Positions 16,538 through 25,368 of a stretch of DNA of 25,473 bases are shown here, in pieces. Made by a program: the position numbers and the translations under genes. The notes below the pieces were generated by a model. It saw only the letters and a program-made list of their open reading frames with translations. It was not told the DNA's origin and made no database searches. Numbering within the stretch: position 1 is the stretch's first letter; each line of letters begins with the position of its first letter. Where the stretch lies: NCBI GenBank assembly GCA_043753995.1, contig JAYUVP010000226.1, forward strand, positions 1-25,473, given 5' to 3'. This DNA is from Fibrobacterota bacterium. Lineage in GTDB: Bacteria > Fibrobacterota > Fibrobacteria > UBA11236.

Positions 16538-19195
16538 TCAACCCGGCCGATACTTGGTTTGCCACTCGGCCACTAACATCAACGCTTGCAAAGGTGCGGT
16601 ATTGGTGATGTCGAGCGCCATCACCGCATCGTAAGCCCCCCGCATTTTTGGGTCTTCCTTCGGCGTCGGCATTTGCGCGGCGCCGCCGAATATGTCGAGC
16701 TGCATTTCGCTGGGCATTCTTCCGCGCGTTTTTCTCCCTACTGGGGCCCCGCCCGCAAGCCCAAGATTCGCGGTACCGCCCGATTCAAGTTCGCCGAGTA
16801 TTTCCCAGGCGCGACCGATGACACCCTGAGGCACACCCGCCATGCGCGCCACCTGTATGCCATAGCTGCTATCGCAAGCGCCTTCGATCACCTTGCGCAA
16901 GAAAATCACTTCATGACCCTCTTCGCGGACCAGCACTTGCACATTGCGCAGGCGAGACAATTTGCCCGCCAGGCGCGTGAGCTCGTGATAATGCGTGGCA
17001 AAGAGGGTTCGGGCGCGCAAGCCTTCCTGTTCATGCAGGGCTTCGACTATGGCCCAGGCCAAAGAAAGGCCGTCATAGGTGCTGGTTCCGCGCCCGATTT
17101 CATCCAGTAAAACCAAGCTTCTCGGCGTGGCATTTTGCAAAATATTGGCCGTCTCGATCATCTCAACCATAAAGGTCGATTGCCCTTTGGCCAGGCGATC
17201 CGAGGCGCCGACACGCGTGAAAATCCGATCGGCCAAACCCACGCGGGCGCGGGCGGCGGGCACGAAAGAGCCTATTTGGGCCAGCAAAACGATGAGGCCC
17301 ACTTGCCGCAAATACGTGCTTTTACCGGCCATATTGGGGCCGGTGATGAGCAGCAATTGCCGGTCGCGCACGTCGAGGCGCGCGTCATTGGCGATATAGG
17401 TTCCCTCTTCGCAAAGCGATTCCACCACGGGATGTCGCCCCGCCTCGATGTCAAGCAGGGAATCTTCCACCACTTCGGGGCGGGAATAATCGCGCTCATG
17501 CGCAATCAGGGCCAAGCAAGCGACGGTGTCGATGCAGCCCAAGGCCTGCGCCGCCGCCAGCAATTCGGCGGCCTTGATATTCACCTCGTCACGTAGGCCG
17601 CAGAAAAGCTTGTATTCGAGGGCATTGATTTCACCTTCGGCATTGAGAATGCGGCTTTCCCATTCCTTCATTTCAGGGGTGATATAACGCTCGGCGCCCA
17701 CCAAGCTTTGCTTGCGCAGGTAATGCGTGGGCACCTTGTCTTCCTGCGCCTTGGTCACTTCGAGATAATAGCCGAAGACCTTATTGTATCCGACTTTTAA
17801 AGTCGTGATGCCCGTGGCTTCACGCTCGCGTTGCTGCAAATTGTTGAGCCATTCGCGACCGTCACGGATATTGGCATTCAGAGTATCGAGTTCGGTATAG
17901 GCACCCTCGCGTATCAGCCCGCCTTCGCGCAAGGTCATGGGTGGCCTATCGCTCAACTTGGCAATCAAATGATCGCCCAAGGGTGCCAAGTCGGCGAGTT
18001 TCGCCGCCCATTCGCGCAATAGTGATGACTGCAATGCCGTGCAGGTTTCGGCGACGCGGGCGGCCTCTTGCAAAGAATGTCCGAGTCCCACCAAGTCGCG
18101 CCCATGGGCCCGCGATGCGCCCGCACGCGCCACAATGCGCTCAATGTCATTGACGCCCTGTAAATGATGGCGCAAGGCCTGCAAGACTTCGCGGCGCGTC
18201 AGCAATTCGGCCAGGGCATCTTGCCGCGCATGGATGGCGTCGATATTCAGCAGGGGATGGGTCAGCCAATGCTTCAAGGTGCGGCCGCCCATGGCGGTGA
18301 CGGTGCGATCCAGCAAATGAAACAATGTACCCGACACGTCTTCGCCATGGATGGGCTTGATCAATTCGAGATTGCGCACCGTGGTGGCATCGAGCGCCAT
18401 GTGATTCGCGAAACTCTGGGGAGTCAAACGTTTCAAATGCGACAATTCGTTTTTCTTGCTGTCCTTCGCATAATGCAAGGCCGCCGCCGCGGCCCGCAAA
18501 GACGACTCCAGGCCCTCGCAGCCAAAGGCTTCGAGACTATGCACTCCGAAATGTCGGCGTAGGCTGTCCAGACCGCTGTCGAGCTGAAACAGACTCTTGG
18601 CCAAAAGGGTCACGGGGACGCCCTCTTCCGCCGCGAGCCGCTCCAGGGGCTCCGGTAAAGCCAACGTCTCCGGCCACAGCACTTCCTGCGCATTGAGCCG
18701 ATATAATTCGCCGGCGATTTGATCGAGGCCGCCCTCGGCCACGCCGAAAAAGCCCGTGCTCAAGTCGAGATAGGCCAGACCCCATTTCACTTCGCCGGGA
18801 TGCACCGCCGCGAGGTAATTATTGCTTTTCGCGTCGAGATAATTTTCGCTGAGCGCGGTACCGCGCGTCACGATTTCGGTAACTTCGCGCTTGACTATGC
18901 CCTTGGCCAGGGCCGGGTCTTCGGTTTGCTCGCAAACCGCCACCTTGAGCCCCGAGGCAATGAGGCGAGGCATATAGCGTTCGATGGCATGATGGGGAAA
19001 GCCCGCCAACGGCGTGGGGTCTTTACCGCCGTGATTGCGCTGGGTGAGGGTGAGTCCCAAGAGCTTGGCGGCCTTGATGGCATCGTCCAGAAACAATTCA
19101 TAAAAGTCACCCATGCGATAAAGCAGCAGGGTATCGGGATACTTCGACTTGATGTCGAGGTATTGGCGCATCATCGGAGTCGGAGTATCAGCCAT
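16538..19195 (-). CDS. mutS: DNA mismatch repair protein MutS (MutS1)
   Basis: TPMMRQY; GDFYELF (mismatch-binding Phe-X-Glu); Walker A GPNMAGKST; STFMVEM; DEIGRGTST; FATHYHEL; SYGIQVA; C-terminal clamp-binding-like QLDIF. Confidence 0.98.
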   Translation of the reverse strand: MADTPTPMMRQYLDIKSKYPDTLLLYRMGDFYELFLDDAIKAAKLLGLTLTQRNHGGKDPTPLAGFPHHAIERYMPRLIASGLKVAVCEQTEDPALAKGIVKREVTEIVTRGTALSENYLDAKSNNYLAAVHPGEVKWGLAYLDLSTGFFGVAEGGLDQIAGELYRLNAQEVLWPETLALPEPLERLAAEEGVPVTLLAKSLFQLDSGLDSLRRHFGVHSLEAFGCEGLESSLRAAAAALHYAKDSKKNELSHLKRLTPQSFANHMALDATTVRNLELIKPIHGEDVSGTLFHLLDRTVTAMGGRTLKHWLTHPLLNIDAIHARQDALAELLTRREVLQALRHHLQGVNDIERIVARAGASRAHGRDLVGLGHSLQEAARVAETCTALQSSLLREWAAKLADLAPLGDHLIAKLSDRPPMTLREGGLIREGAYTELDTLNANIRDGREWLNNLQQREREATGITTLKVGYNKVFGYYLEVTKAQEDKVPTHYLRKQSLVGAERYITPEMKEWESRILNAEGEINALEYKLFCGLRDEVNIKAAELLAAAQALGCIDTVACLALIAHERDYSRPEVVEDSLLDIEAGRHPVVESLCEEGTYIANDARLDVRDRQLLLITGPNMAGKSTYLRQVGLIVLLAQIGSFVPAARARVGLADRIFTRVGASDRLAKGQSTFMVEMIETANILQNATPRSLVLLDEIGRGTSTYDGLSLAWAIVEALHEQEGLRARTLFATHYHELTRLAGKLSRLRNVQVLVREEGHEVIFLRKVIEGACDSSYGIQVARMAGVPQGVIGRAWEILGELESGGTANLGLAGGAPVGRKTRGRMPSEMQLDIFGGAAQMPTPKEDPKMRGAYDAVMALDITNTAPLQALMLVAEWQTKYRPG

Positions 19196-19379
19196 GGGAA
19201 GCCAAAGGTAGGACGGCTAAACCTGGCCGTTAAGCGAAACCTGTCGCCAGGGGAGGATCCAGCCATGAAACGAGTGGGGCGAAATCGGGTATGTTTTAGA
19301 TCCCGGCGGCAAAAAATTCGCGTATATCCGGGAAAAGAAACCGTAATATTCATTCAACGCTCAATATTCGGAGGTCCCT

Positions 19380-19751
19380 ATGCCAAATCCCCTGTCAGCA
19401 ACCCCTTGGAATCGACGTGAATTCGTGGGAGCAGCCGCCACGGCCTTTCTAACGGGCCTTGCCATCACGGTTGTCGGTTGTGGAGAAGACGAGCCCACGG
19501 CTCCCGCAGGCGGTTCCGGCGACATCGCCGGTTCCATCAGTGGCAATCACGGACACATCGCGGTTATCACCAAGGCGCAATTGGATGCGAGTGGTGGAGT
19601 GACCCTAGACATCGCCGCCTCAGCCGGTCATGCCCATACCGTAACTCTCACAGCGGATCAAATCGCAACTATCAAAACGGGAACCCATGTGGAGGTGGTC
19701 AGTACCGCGACCAATTCCCACACCCATACGGTAGGGTTTCACAAAGCCTAG
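19380..19751 (+). CDS. Small His-rich Tat-exported lipoprotein (123 aa)
   Basis: SD GGAGGT, twin-arginine NRREFV, lipobox VVG-C, and three HxH motifs (NHGH, GHAH, SHTH). Confidence 0.85.
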   Translation: MPNPLSATPWNRREFVGAAATAFLTGLAITVVGCGEDEPTAPAGGSGDIAGSISGNHGHIAVITKAQLDASGGVTLDIAASAGHAHTVTLTADQIATIKTGTHVEVVSTATNSHTHTVGFHKA

Positions 19752-19762
19752 GTGATCTGGCC

Positions 19763-20545
19763 CTAGCCATCCATGCCGAGCGCCATTTGTTCGGCATCGG
19801 CTTCGGGTTGCTCGTATTGGCGAATTTCGCCCTGAGGCCCTATTTGCGGGATCAAGGCCTGGGCATTCACGATTTGCTCGAATTCGGAGAGACGAGGCAA
19901 ATCGTCCGGCACCTTGCTGATGCCGAAATAGCGTAAAAATTCGCGCGTCGTGATATAGGTGAAAGCTCCGCCCATGGCTTCGGAACGACGGTGAATGTCG
20001 ATGAGCTTTTTTTCCAGCAAGGTTTTCAAGCCACCGTCCACATTGACGCCGCGAATCGCTTCGACCTCGGCCTTGGTGATGGGTTGCTTGTAGGCAATGA
20101 TGGCCAGAGTTTCCAAGCCAGCCTGGGACAGGCGGCGAGGCGTCGCCTCTTTGAAAAGCTTTTTAACCCAAGGGAAATAGCGCGTCTGGGTACGTAGGCG
20201 GAAGGTGGCGTCCACTTCCACCACTTCAAAGGGCATATCGCCCGCTTGAAAGCGCTGATTCACAGTTTTCACCAATTGCCGCAAGCGCGACAAATCCCAT
20301 TCTTCGCCCATAATATCGCGCAAGGCGCGCGCCGTCAGAAATTCCTGGGTGGCGAAGAGAATGGCGCAAAGCAGCTTATCAGGATCGGGCTGCCATACCT
20401 CGACCAGAGGCGATTCTTCGCCTTCCTCCGGGCTGCTTGCGGGTGCCTCGGCCACAGGTTCAGTTTCCACCGTGAGAAATTCCGGCTCGGCCCCCGGGGC
20501 TTGGCCAGGTTCCAGAATATCGGGGGTGGGGTCGTTGTTTTCCAA
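19763..20545 (-). CDS. scpB: SMC-Scp complex subunit ScpB
   Basis: RLSQAGLETLAIIAYKQPITKAEVEAIRGVN and YITTREFLRYFGI...DLP. The TTG start is uncertain. Confidence 0.95.
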   Translation of the reverse strand: MENNDPTPDILEPGQAPGAEPEFLTVETEPVAEAPASSPEEGEESPLVEVWQPDPDKLLCAILFATQEFLTARALRDIMGEEWDLSRLRQLVKTVNQRFQAGDMPFEVVEVDATFRLRTQTRYFPWVKKLFKEATPRRLSQAGLETLAIIAYKQPITKAEVEAIRGVNVDGGLKTLLEKKLIDIHRRSEAMGGAFTYITTREFLRYFGISKVPDDLPRLSEFEQIVNAQALIPQIGPQGEIRQYEQPEADAEQMALGMDG

Positions 20546-20675
20546 AGGTGTCGTGGCTGCCGGTTTAGATCGTGATTCTGGCTGAGTTAGGGCTGGTCGG
20601 GGTGTTCATTTCAAGCTTGGCGCAAGGTAGAAAGGGAGAGGCTCCAGGGTGTGACCCGGCCCACCACCCGCCTCC

Positions 20676-21713
20676 TTAATCGTCGGCTTCGTCTTCCCAG
20701 CCCGTGACGGTTTCTACCGGCTCGGCTGTTTCACTGGCTGCGGCCAAGGTCTTGGCGGCCTCCAAGGTGATAGCATCCGCCGCATCCGGCAAACCTTCGG
20801 CAGCCTCGCGCTGCATTTCGGCCTCGATTTCGCGAATCGCTTCTTCCAGGGCATTGCGCACCGTGCGCGTCGCCAATTGCTGGCGGACAATGTCCACCAG
20901 GCCGGGCCGCGTTTCGGGCATGGGTCCAAGGCGATCTTCCTCGGGCAGAGAAAGCTCCATGTCAAAGGCCGGATTATCCTGCTTGCGATAAACGCGAATC
21001 ACGCCGAGGCCATGGCTTTGGCGAAAGACAATGACATCGGTTTTGCAGAGCTCAAGAATGGCCATGAAGGTCACCACCTTGGCAATGCGCCGGGGATCAT
21101 TCTCGAAAAAATCTTCGAAGAGACAGCGCCCGCGCGCCAGCAATAAGATTTCGATTTCCTGCATGCGATCTTCGATGGTGACATCGTCGATTTCGACTTC
21201 ATGCACAGGAATGCGGGGCTTTTGCACCATGACGGTGCGGAAGGCGCTGAGCAAGTCGAAAATACCGCATTCCTCTTCGGCGTCAAAGCCAGGCGTCTCG
21301 CCCGGCAATTCGATGCGCCCATGCGGAAAGGCTCCGAAATGCGTGGCTTCAAAGCCGCGCAGGGCCCGTGCTGCTTCCTTGAATTTTTGATACTCCAGCA
21401 TTTGCGCGATCAAGGCCTGCTTGTCGAGCTCATATTCCATTTCTTCGAGCTCGCTCTTTTGATCCTGCGGCAAAAGCTCGCGGGCCTTTAGGCGCATGAG
21501 GCGCGCCGCCATCACCAAAAACTCGCCCGCATCGCCGAGATTGAGGCGCTCAATGGTCTCCATCCAGGCCAAATACTGATCGGTAATGGCCGAAATCTGA
21601 ATGCTTTTGGGGTCGAGTTCGTTTTTCTGCACCAGATACAAAAGCAAGTCGAGAGGCCCCTCGAAAATGGGCAGCCTGACCTCGTAGTCGGAGTCGATCT
21701 GGGGCGTGGACAT
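20676..21713 (-). CDS. scpA: Segregation/condensation kleisin ScpA
   Basis: FEGPLDLLLYLV, ITDQYL, EFLVMAARL..LKARELLP, LEYQKFK and VVTFMAILEL. It has a long acidic C-terminal tail. Confidence 0.95.
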   Translation of the reverse strand: MSTPQIDSDYEVRLPIFEGPLDLLLYLVQKNELDPKSIQISAITDQYLAWMETIERLNLGDAGEFLVMAARLMRLKARELLPQDQKSELEEMEYELDKQALIAQMLEYQKFKEAARALRGFEATHFGAFPHGRIELPGETPGFDAEEECGIFDLLSAFRTVMVQKPRIPVHEVEIDDVTIEDRMQEIEILLLARGRCLFEDFFENDPRRIAKVVTFMAILELCKTDVIVFRQSHGLGVIRVYRKQDNPAFDMELSLPEEDRLGPMPETRPGLVDIVRQQLATRTVRNALEEAIREIEAEMQREAAEGLPDAADAITLEAAKTLAAASETAEPVETVTGWEDEADD

Positions 21714-21763
21714 GGAGGAAAAGTTAAGCGCAATTCCCTGCCAAGGTGGTGCTTTTGACGGGG

Positions 21764-21927
21764 AGAGTCAGTCTCAAAACTCATTTGTCGCACCAAGCCC
21801 GAGCGAGAACGAGTCCAGCGCGAAGCCCGAAGCAGCGATATTGACTCGAAATATCGCGATGGAGGGCGACAAAGCTGGGCGAAGTTCGCAGCCGGGCGAC
21901 TGCAAAAGGAGTTTTGAGACCGACTCT
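21764..21927. mobile_element. ~164-bp fold-back miniature inverted-repeat element (MITE-like)
   Basis: Terminal inverted repeats AGAGTCAGTCTCAAAACTC (21764-21782) and GAGTTTTGAGACCGACTCT (21909-21927) match at 18/19 positions. Nested internal IRs are present. No transposase and no obvious target-site duplication. Confidence 0.7.
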
Positions 21928-22090
21928 ACTCTCCGGGACCTATCCGACTTAGGCCGGCAGATTTGGAGGCGATTTCGCCGGTTTGCGGCGGCGTGCTCCC
22001 TAGGTCGGGGTTTTCGCGCGGATTCAAATTGTTTACCAGGGGGATTCTGGCTTAGGCTAAGTTTCACCAAACTCTCAATTATCTAAAACC

Positions 22091-22675
22091 ATGACAATGG
22101 ATACAACTCAAAGCGATACGGTGAAGCATCCCCTGCTAGACCAATTGTGGCAAGGGATTCAGGGCCAGGAAAAGCTCTTGGTTTATGGTCTGTTGGACGG
22201 CGCGCGATCGCCGCGTATCCATTCCAATCTCATCGCCTCGGGCGAACGCTTTGAATGCCTTTATGCCGGGGAATTGCCCCGGCCCTTGGCCGTGGCCGCG
22301 CCTTATCTCGTGCGCTTGCCTTTAGCGCAGCCCTTTACCCAATGGCTATTAGCTTCGGGTTGGGGACGGGCCTGGGGCCTGCTATTGCTTTCCGAGGCGA
22401 GCATTTTGGAATTGCGCGCCCATTTCCGCCGCTTGCTCAAGGTTAAAACCGACGACGGACGCGAATGCCTTTTTCGATTTTATGATCCAAGGGTTTTACG
22501 CGTCTACTTGCCCACCTGCACACCGAAAGAATTGGCGACGGTTTTCGGACCCGTCGACGGCTTCATGCTTGAGGCCGAAAACATTAGGCAAGGAAACGCT
22601 TTTCATCGCCGTAATTCCGTACTGGAGCAATCGACTTTCGATTTGATTCCACCCAAGAAGAATGAGACGGTCTAG
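22091..22675 (+). CDS. DUF4123-domain protein (T6SS effector chaperone/adaptor family)
   Basis: YGLLDGAR, CLYAG...APYLV, GWGRAWG, LRAHFRRLL and FRFYDPRVLRVYLPTC. Confidence 0.9.
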   Translation: MTMDTTQSDTVKHPLLDQLWQGIQGQEKLLVYGLLDGARSPRIHSNLIASGERFECLYAGELPRPLAVAAPYLVRLPLAQPFTQWLLASGWGRAWGLLLLSEASILELRAHFRRLLKVKTDDGRECLFRFYDPRVLRVYLPTCTPKELATVFGPVDGFMLEAENIRQGNAFHRRNSVLEQSTFDLIPPKKNETV

Positions 22676-22680
22676 AGATT

Positions 22681-23214
22681 ATGTCGAAGCCTATACGTCT
22701 TCATTTTATGGGACAGGAATGGGAACTTTCCGGGTTGTCCGCCCTGCCCGATTCCCAGCTGCAGCCTTCCCCTTCTCCGTCACCGGCCCCTTTTTGGTTG
22801 CGCGAAGCCCTATCGGATTCAAACGATAGGTGCCGGCTTTTGCGGCAAATGAGAGATGTCGGTTGGGTCGAAAGTTTTGCGTCGTCGGTATTCACCGAAG
22901 ATTTGGCTTGGCTTTCACGGGCGCTTTCGGAAGGTCGACTTTCCATCAAGCAAATCCCAGCCTTAGTTATTAAGGCGGGAAGCCCGCCGCGTAAACCCGA
23001 GGCTGAAATTGAACCGGAGGCTTGGGAAGAAGTCGAGGCGCCTCCCGAGGATAATTCCAGCCCCGAAGTCGAACCCACTATGGCACCCCAAACCGCTAAG
23101 GCCATTTCCGAGAAGCTCAAAAGTATGTCCGAGCAAGGGACGCCCTTTTTGCTGCTCTGCGACAATGGCCAGGAAAACTGCGAAGAATGCGCAGCCCATG
23201 CCGGCGTGTGCTGA
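22681..23214 (+). CDS. Hypothetical protein with a Pro/Glu-rich linker and Cys-rich C-terminus, co-oriented with DUF4123
   Basis: ATG lies 5 nt after the DUF4123 stop. The protein ends SEQGTPFLLLCDNGQENCEECAAHAGVC. Confidence 0.75.
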   Translation: MSKPIRLHFMGQEWELSGLSALPDSQLQPSPSPSPAPFWLREALSDSNDRCRLLRQMRDVGWVESFASSVFTEDLAWLSRALSEGRLSIKQIPALVIKAGSPPRKPEAEIEPEAWEEVEAPPEDNSSPEVEPTMAPQTAKAISEKLKSMSEQGTPFLLLCDNGQENCEECAAHAGVC

Positions 23215-23256
23215 CCTAAAGATCAGCGACACACAGCAGCGCCTCCCTCACAGCCT

Positions 23257-25077
23257 TTACTCGACGGTGACGCTCTTGGCCAGGTTGCGGGGCATGTCGA
23301 CGTCGCAGCCGCGCAGCACGGCGACATGATAAGCCAGCAATTGCAACGGGACCACATGCAGCAAGGGCGTGAGATAGGGTAAGGTCTTGGGCACGCGAAT
23401 GACGTGGTCGGCTAATTTACCCAGGTCTTCTTCGCTGTCGGTAATAGCCAGAATGCGACCCCCACGGGCCTTCACCTCTTGCATATTCGACGCGATTTTA
23501 TCGAAGAGGGCATCGGTGGGGCAAACCACCACGGTGGGCATGTCGGCGTCGATGAGGGCGATGGGACCATGCTTCATCTCCGCGGCGGGATAGCCTTCGG
23601 CATGGATATAAGAGATTTCTTTCAGCTTCAGAGCGCCTTCGAGGGCGACAGGATAATTGTAGCCGCGTCCCAAATACAGGAAGTTGCGATGATTCGCATA
23701 TTGGACCGCGATTTCCTTGATGGCATCATTCAGCTTGAGGATTTCTTGCACTTGTTCAGGGATACGCTGCAGGGCTTTGCAAAGGCTAATGCCATCGTCG
23801 GCACTCAAGCGACGCATGCGGCCGAGTAATAAGGCGATGAGGGTAAGCACGGTGACTTGGGACGTGAAGGCCTTGGTCGAGGCTACCCCGATTTCGGGAC
23901 CCGCGTGCAAATACACACCGCCGTCGGTTTCACGGGCTATGCTCGATCCCACGGCATTGCAAATGCCGAGCACGGTGGCGCCTTTGTGCTTGGCCTCGCG
24001 CAAGGCGGCCAAGGTGTCGGCGGTTTCCCCCGACTGGGAAATGCAAAAGACGATGGTCTTTTCGCCGATAATGGGATTGCGATAGCGGAATTCGCTGGCA
24101 TATTCGACTTCGACCGGAATGCCCGACAATTCCTCGATGATATATTCACCGACCTTGCCGGCATAAAAGGATGTGCCGCAAGCCACAATGATGATGCGTT
24201 GTATGGAACGCAATTCGGGCTGCAAGAGATTGAGGCCTTGCAGCATCGCGGTGCCCGACTCTAAAATCAGGCGTCCCCGCAGCGAATTCACGATGGACGC
24301 GGGCTGCTCAAAAATTTCCTTGAGCATAAAATGGGCGAAATTGCCCTTAGCCACCTGCTCGGCCGAGAAATCGATGTTTTGAATTTCGCGGCGAACCTCG
24401 GCGCGCGCCTGATTGGTGATGCGATAAGTCCCGTTGATCACCACCATGTCATTGTCGTCGAGATAAACGACTTTCTGGGTATGGTCGACAATAGGAGCGG
24501 CATCCGAAGCCAGGAAGAATTCGCCATCGCCCACGCCCAAAACCAAGGGACTGCCGCGGCGCGCCCCCACCAAAACGCCAGGCTCGTGAGCACTGATCAC
24601 CACAATTCCAAAGGCGCCTTCGAGATGGGCTAAGGCGTCAGAGACAGCCTTTTCCAAACTGCCTTTGTAATACTTGGCCACGAGATGCACAATCACTTCG
24701 GTGTCGGTTTCCGAACGAAAAACCACGCCTTCTTCTTGCAGTTTTTTCTTGATGATGCCGTAATTCTCGATAATGCCATTGTGCACCACGGCGAATTTTC
24801 CGTCGATTGAGGTATGCGGATGCGCATTGGCCACCGAAGGTGCACCATGAGTCGCCCAGCGCGTGTGGCCTATGCCGCAATGGCCGGGCAGGGGATGAGC
24901 GGACGCTTCACGATCGAGCTCACTCAACTTGCCCTTGGCACGCAAAAGTCCAAGGCGATGACCGTCTTGTATGCAAAGTCCGGCGCTGTCATAACCGCGA
25001 TATTCCAGACGACGAAGGCCGTCGAGCAGTATCGATTGAACTTCGCGGCTACCGGTATAGGCGACAATTCCGCACAT
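23257..25077 (-). CDS. glmS: Glutamine--fructose-6-phosphate transaminase (isomerizing)
   Basis: MCGIV (catalytic Cys1), LEYRGYDSAG, GHTRWATHG, VHNGIIEN, SQSGETADT, EGALKLKEISY and PRNLAKSVTVE. Confidence 0.99.
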   Translation of the reverse strand: MCGIVAYTGSREVQSILLDGLRRLEYRGYDSAGLCIQDGHRLGLLRAKGKLSELDREASAHPLPGHCGIGHTRWATHGAPSVANAHPHTSIDGKFAVVHNGIIENYGIIKKKLQEEGVVFRSETDTEVIVHLVAKYYKGSLEKAVSDALAHLEGAFGIVVISAHEPGVLVGARRGSPLVLGVGDGEFFLASDAAPIVDHTQKVVYLDDNDMVVINGTYRITNQARAEVRREIQNIDFSAEQVAKGNFAHFMLKEIFEQPASIVNSLRGRLILESGTAMLQGLNLLQPELRSIQRIIIVACGTSFYAGKVGEYIIEELSGIPVEVEYASEFRYRNPIIGEKTIVFCISQSGETADTLAALREAKHKGATVLGICNAVGSSIARETDGGVYLHAGPEIGVASTKAFTSQVTVLTLIALLLGRMRRLSADDGISLCKALQRIPEQVQEILKLNDAIKEIAVQYANHRNFLYLGRGYNYPVALEGALKLKEISYIHAEGYPAAEMKHGPIALIDADMPTVVVCPTDALFDKIASNMQEVKARGGRILAITDSEEDLGKLADHVIRVPKTLPYLTPLLHVVPLQLLAYHVAVLRGCDVDMPRNLAKSVTVE

Positions 25078-25108
25078 GAGGACATCCGATGGAGAGGAGG
25101 AGAATGAG

Positions 25109-25140
25109 AAGTAAAAAGTTAAAAGTAAAAAGTTAAAAGT
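25109..25140 (+). repeat. Heptamer-based tandem repeat (AAGTAAAAAGTTAA x2 + AAGT)
   Basis: Read directly from the sequence: two identical 14-mers at 25109-25122 and 25123-25136. Confidence 0.9.
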
Positions 25141-25336
25141 CCGAAAGCCCGGCCCTGAATGCCCCGGGCCCGATTTCAGGCCGGTGACTTGAGGGGCTAT
25201 CGATTACTTGGATCTAACCCCCTACGCCCCAGCCGTCCTACCCACCTTTTAAACTTGACTTCGAACTCATTTTCCCCATTGAATTGGCCGTCACCATCAC
25301 CTTGAAATTCCCCCCTTTTCCTTGCCTTCGTCTTCA

Positions 25337-25366
25337 CTTTTCCTTTAAACTTTTTCCTTTTTACTT
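25337..25366 (-). repeat. Degenerate heptamer array, inverted relative to 25109-25140
   Basis: Minus strand reads AAG TAAAAAG GAAAAAG TTTAAAG GAAAAG. Confidence 0.65.
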
Positions 25367-25368
25367 GA

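Noticed and set aside
20565..20609. 14-codon minus-strand ORF (MNTPTSPNSARITI) upstream of scpB
   Set aside because: It is out of frame with scpB, has no SD and has no leader-peptide-like codon bias.
21729..21744. Sigma54-like TTGGCA...TTGC upstream of scpA (minus strand)
   Set aside because: GG-to-GC spacing is 9 nt, not the required 10.
21706..22086. 126-aa and 98-aa ORFs across the scpA-DUF4123 spacer
   Set aside because: They run through the fold-back element and promoter region and lack protein-like features.
25109..25140. CRISPR array or iterons
   Set aside because: These are contiguous 7/14-bp units with no spacers and no cas or rep gene nearby.
25078..25368. glmS ribozyme
   Set aside because: The conserved core (AGCGCC at the cleavage site and GACGAGG) is absent on the mRNA strand.
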